Origin: Eledone cirrhosa
Lineage: Eukaryota
NCBI GenBank assembly: GCA_964016885.1
Contig: OZ024742.1
Span: 168,578,001-168,642,000, forward strand
DNA: 64,000 nt
Reading direction: 5' to 3'
The position numbers and the translations under genes were made by a program. The first letter of the stretch is position 1, and every line of letters starts with the position of its first letter. Shown here piece by piece: positions 1 to 10,633 of the stretch. The notes under the pieces are model-generated. The model saw only the letters and a program-made list of their open reading frames with translations. It was not told where the DNA came from and did not search any database.

Positions 1-769
1 GCCATTAAAAATCCATTAAAAATCCATTAAAAAAATCCATTAAAAAAAAATCCATTAAAAAAAATCCATTAAAAATCCATTAAAAAAATCCATTTAAAAA
101 AATCCATTAAAAATCCATTAAAAACCCATTAAAAATCCATTAAAAATCCATTAAAAATCCATTAAAAAATCCATTTAAAAAACCCATTAAAAAAATCCAT
201 TAAAAAATCCATTTAAAAATCCAGTAAAAAAAATCCATTTTAAAAAACCCATTAAAAAAAATCCATTAAAAAAATCCATTTAAAAAATCCATAAAAAAAA
301 ATCCATAAAAAAAATCCATTAAAAAAATCCATTAAAAAAAAAATCCGTTAAAAAAAATCCATTAAAAATCCATTAAAAATCCATTAAAAATCCATTAAAA
401 ATCCATTAAAAATCCATTTAAAAAAATCCATTAAAAAAATCCATTAAAAAAATCCATTTAAAAAATCCATTAAAAAAAATCCATTAAAAAAAAATCCATT
501 AAAAAAAATCCATTAAAAAAAATCAATTTAAAAAAATCCATTAAAAATCCATTAAAAAAATCCATTTAAAAAAATCCATTAAAAACCCATTAAAAATCCA
601 TTAAAAATCCATTAAAAAATCCATTTAAAAAAACCATTAAAAAAAATCCATTAAAAAAATCCATTTAAAAAATCCATTAAAAAAAAATCCATTAAAAAAA
701 ACCCATTAAAAAAAATCCATTAAAAAAATCCATTTAAAAAATCCATTAAAAAAAATCCATTAAAAAAAA

Positions 770-810
770 CTCAATCAAAAACCCATAAAAGAAACATTAA
801 AACAGCATTT
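770..810 (+). repeat. Short cassette (41 bp) CTCAATCAAAAACCCATAAAAGAAACATTAAAACAGCATTT, representative copy; dozens of copies across the window, with TTCAATC and ACACAT variants
   Basis: The same string recurs near 1092, 1868, 2586, 2753, 3807, 5320, 5488, 6343, 6665 and onward to ~63846. Confidence 0.95.
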
Positions 811-2351
811 AAAAAATCCATTAAAAATCCATTAAAAAAATCCATTTAAAAAATCCATTAAAAAATCCATTAAAAATCCATTAAAAATCCATTAAAAAAT
901 CCATTTAAAAAAATCCATTAAAAAAATCCATTTAAAAAATCCATTAAAAAATCCATTTAAAAAATCCATTAAAAAAAATCCATTAAAAAAAACCATTAAA
1001 AAATCCATTAAAAAAAATCCCATTAAAAATACATTAAAGGCCCATTAAAAACGCCATAAAAAATCCATTAAAAAAATCCATTAAAAAAAAACTCAATCAA
1101 AAACACATAAAAGAAACATTAAAACAGCATTTAAAAAATCCATTAAAAATCCATTAAAAAAAAATCCATTAAAAAAATCCATTAAAAATCCATTAAAAAA
1201 ATCCATTTAAAAAAATCCATTAAAAAATCCATTAAAAACCCATTAAAAATCCATTAAAAATCCATTAAAAATCCATTAAAAAATCCATTTAAAAAACCCA
1301 TTAAAAAAATCCATTAAAAAATCCATTTAAAAATCCATTAAAAAAAATCCATTTAAAAAAACCCATTAAAAAAAATCCATTAAAAAAATCCATTTAAAAA
1401 ATCCATAAAAAAAAATCCATAAAAAAAATCCATTAAAAAAAATCCATTAAAAAAAAAATCCGTTAAAAAAAATCCATTAAAAATCCATTAAAAATCCATT
1501 AAAAATCCATTAAAAATCCATTAAAAATCCATTAAAAATCCATTTAAAAAAATCCATTAAAAAAATCCATTAAAAAAATCCATTTAAAAAATCCATTAAA
1601 AAAAATCCATTAAAAAAAAATCCATTAAAAAAAATCCATTAAAAAAAATCAATTTAAAAAAATCCATTAAAAATCCATTAAAAAAATCCATTTAAAAAAA
1701 TCCATTAAAAACCCATTAAAAATCCATTAAAAATCCATTAAAAAATCCATTTAAAAAAACCATTAAAAAAAATCCATTAAAAAAATCCATTTAAAAAATC
1801 CATTAAAAAAAAATCCATTAAAAAAATCCATTTAAAAAATCCATTAAAAAAAATCCATTAAAAAAAACTCAATCAAAAACCCATAAAAGAAACATTAAAA
1901 CAGCATTTAAAAAATCCATTAAAAATCCATTAAAAGAATCCATTTAAAAAATCCATTAAAAAATCCATTAAAAATCCATTAAAAATCCATTAAAAAATCC
2001 ATTTAAAAAAATCCATTAAAAAAATCCTTTAAAAAATCCATTAAAAAATCCATTTAAAAAATCCATTAAAAAAAATCCATTAAAAAAAACCATTAAAAAA
2101 TCCATTAAAAAAAATCCCATTAAAAATACATTAAAAATCCATTAAAAATCCATTAAAAAATCCATTAAAAATCCATTAAAAATCCATTAAAAATCCATTA
2201 AAAAATCCATTAAAAAAAATCCATTAAAAAAATCCATTAAAAAATCCATTTAAAAAATCCATTTAAAAAAATCCATTAAAAAAAATCCATTAAAAAAAAT
2301 CCATTAAAAAAATCCATTAAAAAAAAATCCGTTAAAAAAAATCCATTAAAA

Positions 2352-2555
2352 CTCAATCAAACACCCAATTAAAAGGCCATAAAAGAAACATTAAAACAGC
2401 ATTTAAAATACCATTAAAAACGCCATAAAAAATCATTAAAATTGTTTTTTATGAAATTTATAATATGGCTTTTAATGAACTTTTTAATGGGCTTTTAGAA
2501 TCATTAAAATCCCATTAAAAATACATTAAAGGCCCATTAAAAACGCCATAAAAAA
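2352..2555 (+). repeat. Long cassette (~200 bp) of degenerate ~11-bp monomers carrying the inverted 56-bp segment, representative copy
   Basis: CTCAATCAAACACCCAATTAAAAGGCCATAAAAGAAACATTAAAACAGCATTTAAAATACCATTAAAAACGCCATAAAAAATCATTAAAAT-[inverted 56 bp]-AATCATTAAAATCCCATTAAAAATACATTAAAGGCCCATTAAAAACGCCATAAAAAA. It always follows a CCGTT monomer. Confidence 0.95.
2443..2498 (-). repeat. Inverted 56-bp satellite segment, copy 1 (GAACT allele)
   Basis: TGTTTTTTATGAAATTTATAATATGGCTTTTAATGAACTTTTTAATGGGCTTTTAG. Its reverse complement reads as degenerate monomers (GCCCATTAAAAA, GTTCATTAAAA, TTTCATAAAAAA). It is flanked by AATCATTAAAAT at 2431-2442 and 2499-2510. Confidence 0.95.
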
Positions 2556-3696
2556 TCCATTAAAAAAAATCCATTAAAAAAAAATTCAATCAAAAACCCA
2601 TAAAAGAAACATTAAAACAGCATTTAAAAAACCCATTAAAAATTCATTAAAAAAATCCATTTAAAAAATCCATTAAAAATCCATTAAAAATCCATTAAAA
2701 ATCCATTAAAAATCCATTAAAAATCCATTAAAAATAATCCATTAAAAAAAAATTCAATCAAAAACCCATAAAAGAAACATTAAAACATCATTTAAAAAAT
2801 CCATTAAAAAAATCCATTTAAAAAAATCCATTAAAAAAGCCATTAAAAATCCATTAAAAATCCATTAAAAAAATCCATTAAAAAAAAATCCATTAAAAAA
2901 AATCCATTAAAAATCCATTAAAAAAATCCATTTAAAAAAATCCATTAAAAATCCATTAAAAACCCATTAAAAATCCATTAAAAATCCATTAAAAATCCAT
3001 TAAAAAATCCATTTAAAAAACCCATTAAAAAAATCCATTAAAAAATCCATTTAAAAATCCAGTAAAAAAAATCCATTTAAAAAAACCCATTAAAAAAAAT
3101 CCATTAAAAAAATCCATTTAAAAAATCCATAAAAAAAAATCCATAAAAAAAATCCATTAAAAAAAATCCATTAAAAAAAAAATCCGTTAAAAAAAATCCA
3201 TTAAAAATCCATTAAAAATCCATTAAAAATCCATTAAAAATCCATTAAAAATCCATTTAAAAAAATCCATTAAAAAAATCCATTAAAAAAATCCATTTAA
3301 AAAATCCATTAAAAAAAATCCATTAAAAAAAAATCCATTAAAAAAAATCCATTAAAAAAAATCAATTTAAAAAAATCCATTAAAAATCCATTAAAAAAAT
3401 CCATTTAAAAAAATCCATTAAAAACCCATTAAAAATCCATTAAAAATCCATTAAAAATCCATTAAAAAATCCATTTAAAAAACCCATTAAAAAAATCCAT
3501 TAAAAAATCCATTTAAAAATCCAGTAAAAAAAATCCATTTAAAAAAACCCATTAAAAAAAATCCATTAAAAAAATCCATTTAAAAAATCCATAAAAAAAA
3601 ATCCATAAAAAAAAATCCATTAAAAAAAATCCATTAAAAAAAAATCCGTTAAAAAAAATCCATTAAAAAAAAATCCGTTCAAAAAATCCATTAAAA

Positions 3697-3780
3697 GCTC
3701 AATCCCATTAAAAACGCCATAAAAATCATTAAAATCCAATTAAAGATACATTAAAGGCCCATTAAAAACGCCATAAAAAA
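3697..3780 (+). repeat. Medium cassette GCTCAATCCCATTAAAAACGCCATAAAAATCATTAAAATCCAATTAAAGATACATTAAAGGCCC..., representative copy without inverted segment
   Basis: Recurs near 11152, 17074, 18369, 20137, 31323, 38855, 49693, 52465 and 54453, each preceded by two CCGTT monomers. Confidence 0.9.
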
Positions 3781-6700
3781 TCCATTAAAAAAATCCATTA
3801 AAAAAACTCAATCAAAAACCCATAAAAGAAACATTAAAACAGCATTTAAAAAATCCATTAAAAATCCATTAAAAAAATCCATTTAATAAAATCCATTAAA
3901 AAATCCATTAAAAATCCATTAAAAATCCATTAAAAATCCATTAAAAATCCATTAAAAATCCATTAAAAAACCCATTTAAAAAAATCCATTAAAAAAATCC
4001 ATTAAAAAAATCCATTAAAAAAAGCCATTAAAAAAATCCATTTAAAAAAAGCCATTAAAAAAATCCATTTAAAAAAAATCCATTAAAAATCCATTAAAAA
4101 AATCCATTTAAAAAAATCCATTAAAAACCCATTAAAAATCCATTAAAAAATCCATTAGAAAACCCATTAAAAAAAATCCATTAGAAAAATCCATTTAAAA
4201 AATCCATTAAAAAAAAATCCATTTAAAAAACCCATTAAAAAAAATCCATTAAAAAAATCCATTTAAAAAATCCATTTAAAAAATCCATTAAAAAAATCCA
4301 TTTAAAAAATCCATAAAAAAAAACCATTAAAAAAAATCCATTAAAAAAAAATCCATTAAAAAAAATCCATTAAAAAAAATCCATTAAAAATCCATTAAAA
4401 AAAATCCATTTAAAAAAAATTCATTAAAAAATCCATTAAAAATCCATTAAAAATCCATTTAAAAAAATCCATTTAAAAAATCCATTTATTAAACCCATTA
4501 CAAAAAATACATTAAAAAAAATCCATAAAAAAAAAGCCATTAAAAAAAATCCATTAAAAAAAATCTATTAAAAATCCATTAAAAATCCATTAAAAATCCA
4601 TTAAAAATCCATTAAAAATCCATTTAAAAAACCCATTAAAAAAAATCCATTAAAAAAAATCCATTTAAAAAATCCATTTAAAAAAATCCATTAAAAAAAC
4701 CCATTAAAAAAATCCATTAAAAAAATCCATTTAAAAAATCCATTAAAAAAAATTCATTAAAAAAAAATCCATAAAAAAATCCATTAAAAAAATCCATTTA
4801 AAAAAATCCATTTAAAAAAATCCATTAAAAATCCATTAAAAAAATCCATTAAAAAAAATCCATTAAAAAATCCATTAAAAAACCCATTAAAAATCCATTA
4901 AAAATCCATTAAAAATCCATTAAAAATCCATTTAAAAAACCCATTAAAAAAATCCATTTAAAAAACCCATTAAAAAAAGCCATTAAAAAATCCATTTAAA
5001 AAATCCATTAAAAAAAATCCATTTAAAACAACCCATTAAAAAAATCCATTAAAAAAAACCCATTAAAAAAAATCCATTTAAAAAATCCATTAAAAAAAAT
5101 CCATTAAAAAAAATCCATAAAAAAATCCATTAAAAAAATCCATTAAAAATCCATTAAAAAAAATCCATTTAAAAAAGCCATTAAAAAATCCATTAAAAAT
5201 CCATTAAAAATCCATTTAAAAAACCCATTAAAAAAAATCCATTAAAAAAATCCATTTAAAAAATCCATAAAAAAAAATCCATAAAAAAAATCCATTAAAA
5301 AAAATCCATTAAAAAAAAATTCAATCAAAAACCCATAAAAGAAACATTAAAACAGCATTTAAAAAACCCATTAAAAATTCATTAAAAAAATCCATTTAAA
5401 AAATCCATTAAAAATCCATTAAAAATCCATTAAAAATCCATTAAAAATCCATTAAAAATCCATTAAAAATAATCCATTAAAAAAAAATTCAATCAAAAAC
5501 CCATAAAAGAAACATTAAAACAGCATTTAAAAAATCCATTAAAAAAATCCATTTAAAAAAATCCATTAAAAAAGCCATTAAAAATCCATTAAAAATCCAT
5601 TAAAAAAATCCATTAAAAAAAAATCCATTAAAAAAAATCCATTAAAAATCCATTAAAAAAATCCATTTAAAAAAATCCATTAAAAATCCATTAAAAACCC
5701 ATTAAAAATCCATTAAAAATCCATTAAAAATCCATTAAAAAATCCATTTAAAAAACCCATTAAAAAAATCCATTAAAAAATCCATTTAAAAATCCAGTAA
5801 AAAAAATCCATTTTAAAAAACCCATTAAAAAAAATCCATTAAAAAAATCCATTTAAAAAATCCATAAAAAAAAATCCATAAAAAAAATCCATTAAAAAAA
5901 TCCATTAAAAAAAAAATCCGTTAAAAAAAATCCATTAAAAATCCATTAAAAATCCATTAAAAATCCATTAAAAATCCATTTAAAATCCATTTAAAAAAAT
6001 CCATTAAAAAAATCCATTAAAAAAATCCATTTAAAAAATCCATTAAAAAAAATCCATTAAAAAAAAATCCATTAAAAAAAATCCATTAAAAAAAATCAAT
6101 TTAAAAAAATCCATTAAAAATCCATTAAAAAAATCCATTTAAAAAAATCCATTAAAAACCCATTAAAAATCCATTAAAAATCCATTAAAAAATCCATTTA
6201 AAAAAACCATTAAAAAAAATCCATTAAAAAAATCCATTTAAAAAATCCATTAAAAAAAAATCCATTAAAAAAAACCCATTAAAAAAAATCCATTAAAAAA
6301 ATCCATTTAAAAAATCCATTAAAAAAAATCCATTAAAAAAAACTCAATCAAAAACCCATAAAAGAAACATTAAAACAGCATTTAAAAAATCCATTAAAAA
6401 TCCATTAAAAAAATCCATTTAAAAAATCCATTAAAAAATCCATTAAAAATCCATTAAAAATCCATTAAAAAATCCATTTAAAAAAATCCATTAAAAAAAT
6501 CCATTTAAAAAATCCATTAAAAAATCCATTTAAAAAATCCATTAAAAAAAATCCATTAAAAAAAACCATTAAAAAATCCATTAAAAAAAATCCCATTAAA
6601 AATACATTAAAGGCCCATTAAAAACGCCATAAAAAATCCATTAAAAAAATCCATTAAAAAAAAACTCAATCAAAAACCCATAAAAGAAACATTAAAACAG

Positions 6701-9116
6701 CATTTAAAAAATCCATTAAAAAAATCCATTAAAAAAAATCCATTAAAAAATCCATTAAAAATCCATTAAAAATCCATTAAAAATCCATTAAAAATCCATT
6801 AAAAAATCCATTAAAAATCCATTAAAAATCCATTAAAAATCCATTAAAAATCCATTAAAAAATCCATTAAAAAAAATCCATTAAAAAAATCCATTAAAAA
6901 ATCCATTTAAAAAATCCATTTAAAAAAATCCATTAAAAAAAATCCATTAAAAAAAAATCCATTAAAAAAAATCCATTAAAAAAAAAATCCGTTAAAAAAA
7001 ATCCATTAAAAACTCAATCAAACACCCAATTAAAAGGCCATAAAAGAAACATTAAAACAGCATTTAAAATACCATTAAAAACGCCATAAAAATCATTAAA
7101 ATCCAATTAAAGATACATTAAAGGCCCATTAAAAACGCCATAAAAAATCCATTAAAAATATCCATTAAAAAAACTCAATCAAAAACCCATAAAAGAAACA
7201 TTAAAACAGCATTTAAAAAATCCATTAAAAATCCATTAAAAAAATCCATTTAATAAAATCCATTAAAAATCCATTAAAAATCCATTAAAAATCCATTAAA
7301 AATCCATTAAAAATCCATTAAAAATCCATTAAAAAACCCATTTAAAAAAATCCATTAAAAAAATCCATTAAAAAAATCCATTAAAAAAAGCCATTAAAAA
7401 AATCCATTTAAAAAAAGCCATTAAAAAAATCCATTAAAAAAAAATCCATTAAAAATCCATTAAAAAAATCCATTTAAAAAAATCCATTAAAAACCCATTA
7501 AAAATCCATTAAAAAATCCATTAAAAAACCCATTAAAAAAAATCCATTAGAAAAATCCATTTAAAAAATCCATTAAAAAAAATCCATTTAAAAAATCCAT
7601 AAAAAAAAACCATTAAAAAAAATCCATTAAAAAAAAATCCATTAAAAAAAATCCATTAAAAAAAATCCATTAAAAATCCATTAAAAAAAATCCATTTAAA
7701 AAAAATTCATTAAAAAATCCATTAAAAATCCATTAAAAATCCATTTAAAAAAATCCATTTAAAAAATCCATTTAAAAAACCCATTACAAAAAATACATTA
7801 AAAAAAATCCATAAAAAAAAAATCCATTAAAAAAAATCCATTAAAAAAAATCTATTAAAAATCCATTAAAAATCCATTAAAAATCCATTAAAAATCCATT
7901 AAAAATCCATTAAAAATCCATTAAAAAGCCATTAAAAATCCATTAAAATCCATTAAAAATCCATTAAAAATCCATTAAAAATCCATTAAAAATCCATTAA
8001 AAAATCCATTTAAAAAAATCCATTAAAAAATCCATTAAAAAATCCATTTAAAAAATCCATTAAAAAAATCCATTAAAAAAAAATCCATTAAAAAAAAAAT
8101 CCATTAAAAAAAATCAATTTAAAAAATCCATTAAAAATCCATTAAAAAAATCCATTTAAAAAAATCCATTAAAAACCCATTAAAAACCCATTAAAAATCC
8201 ATTAAAAATCCATTTAAAAAACCCATTAAAAAAAATCCATTAAAAAAAATCCATTTAAAAAATCCATTAAAAAAAATCCATTAAAAAAACCCATTAAAAA
8301 AATCCATTAAAAAAATCCATTTAAAAAATCCATTAAACAAATTCATTAAAAAAAAATCCATAAAAAAATCCATTAAAAAAATCCATTTAAAAAAATCCAT
8401 TAAAAAAAATCCATTAAAAATCCATTAAAAAAATCCATTAAAAAAAATCCATTAAAAAATCCATTAAAAAACCCATTAAAAATCCATTAAAAATCCATTA
8501 AAAATCCATTAAAAATCCATTTAAAAAACCCATTAAAAAAATCCATTAAAAAAACCCATTAAAAAAAGCCATTAAAAAATCCATTTAAAAAATCCATTAA
8601 AAAAAATCCATTTAAAACAACCCATTAAAAAAAATCCATTAAAAAAAACCCATTAAAAAAAATCCATTAAAAAAATCCATTTAAAAAATCCATTAAAAAA
8701 AATCCATTAAAAAAAATCAATAAAAAAATCCATTAAAAAAATCCATTAAAAATCCATTAAAAAAAATCCATTTAAAAAAGCCATTAAAAAATCCATTAAA
8801 AATCCATTAAAAATCCATTTAAAAAACCCATTAAAAAATCCATTAAAAAAATCCATTTAAAAAATCCATTAAAAAAAATCCATTTAAAAAAACCCATTAA
8901 AAAAATCCATTAAAAAAATCCATTTAAAAAATCCATTAAAAAAAATCCATTAAAAAAATCCATAAAAAAAATCCATTAAAAAAAATCCATTAAAAAAAAA
9001 TCCGTTAAAAAAAATCCATTAAAAACTCAATCAAAAACCCAATTAAAAGGCCATAAAAGAAACATTAAAACAGCATTTAAAATACCATTAAAAACGCCAT
9101 AAAAAATCATTAAAAT

Positions 9117-9172
9117 TGTTTTTTATGAAATTTATAATATGGCTTTTAATGAATTTTTTAATGGGCTTTTAG
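9117..9172 (-). repeat. Inverted 56-bp segment, copy 2 (GAATT allele)
   Basis: Same string as copy 1 with C>T in GAACT and the same 12-bp flanking direct repeat. Confidence 0.95.
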
Positions 9173-10577
9173 AATCATTAAAATCCCATTAAAAATACAT
9201 TAAAGGCCCATTAAAAACGCCATAAAAAATCCATTAAAAAAATCCATTAAAAAAAAACTCAATCAAAAACACATAAAAGAAACATTAAAACAGCATTTAA
9301 AAAATCCATTAAAAATCCATTAAAAAAAAATCCATTAAAAAAATCCATTAAAAATCCATTAAAAAAATCCATTTAAAAAAATCCATTAAAAAATCCATTA
9401 AAAACCCATTAAAAATCCATTAAAAATCCATTAAAAATCCATTAAAAATCCATTAAAAAATCCATTTAAAAAACCCATTAAAAAAATCCATTAAAAAATC
9501 CATTTAAAAATCCATTAAAAAAAATCCATTTAAAAAAACCCATTAAAAAAAATCCATTAAAAAAATCCATTTAAAAAATCCATTAAAAATATCCATTAAA
9601 AAAAAATCCATTAAAAAAAATCCATTAAAAAAAAAATCCGTTAAAAAAAATCCATTAAAAATCCATTAAAAATCCATTTAAAAAAATCCATTAAAAAAAT
9701 CCATTAAAAAAATCCATTTAAAAAATCCATTAAAAAATATCCATTAAAAAAAATCCATTAAAAAAAATCCATTAAAAAAAATCAATTTAAAAAAATCCAT
9801 TAAAAATCCATTAAAAAAATCCATTTAAAAAAATCCATTAAAAACCCATTAAAAATCCATTAAAAATCCATTAAAAAATCCATTTAAAAAAACCATTAAA
9901 AAAAATCCATTAAAAAAATCCATTTAAAAAATCCATTAAAAAAAATCCATTAAAAAAATCCATTTAAAAAATCCATTAAAAAAAATCCATTAAAAAAAAC
10001 TCAATCAAAAACCCATAAAAGAAACATTAAAACAGCATTTAAAAAATCCATTAAAAATCCATTAAAAGAATCCATTTAAAAAATCCATTAAAAAATCCAT
10101 TAAAAATCCATTAAAAATCCATTAAAAAATCCATTTAAAAAAATCCATTAAAAAAATCCTTTAAAAAATCCATTAAAAAATCCATTTAAAAAATCCATTA
10201 AAAAAAATCCATTAAAAAAAACCATTAAAAAATCCATTAAAAAAAATCCCATTAAAAATACATTAAAAATCCATTAAAAATCCATTAAAAAATCCATTAA
10301 AAATCCATTAAAAATCCATTAAAAATCCATTAAAAAATCCATTAAAAAAAATCCATTAAAAAAATCCATTAAAAAATCCATTTAAAAAATCCATTTAAAA
10401 AAATCCATTAAAAAAAATCCATTAAAAAAAATCCATTAAAAAAAATCCATTAAAAAAAAAATCCGTTAAAAAAAATCCATTAAAAACTCAATCAAACACC
10501 CAATTAAAAGGCCATAAAAGAAACATTAAAACAGCATTTAAAATACCATTAAAAACGCCATAAAAAATCATTAAATT

Positions 10578-10633
10578 TGTTTTTTATGAAATTTATAATA
10601 TGGCTTTTAATGAACTTTTTAATGGGCTTTTAG
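10578..10633 (-). repeat. Inverted 56-bp segment, copy 3 (GAACT allele)
   Basis: Same string; the left direct repeat has one A>T change (AATCATTAAATT). Confidence 0.95.

Noticed and set aside
357-415. Minus-strand chain of overlapping stop-start minigenes (ATG GAT TTT TAA TG..., M-D-F-stop)
   Set aside because: This is an automatic consequence of the 11-bp monomer. There is no ribosome-binding or promoter context, and the pattern breaks with other A-run lengths.
2455-2466. TATAAT -10 box or TATA-like element within the insert (AATTTATAATAT)
   Set aside because: Such a motif is expected by chance in very AT-rich DNA. There is no -35 element or downstream gene, so it cannot be supported without transcript 5' ends.
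2431-2510. Active MITE or IS with a 12-bp target-site duplication
   Set aside because: There are no terminal inverted repeats, and all 19 copies have the same site and flanks, so they were multiplied by array amplification.
2481-2521. Rho-independent terminator or bona fide miRNA gene
   Set aside because: The stem is AT-rich, no gene lies upstream, and there is no expression evidence. It is kept only as a structural hypothesis under findings.
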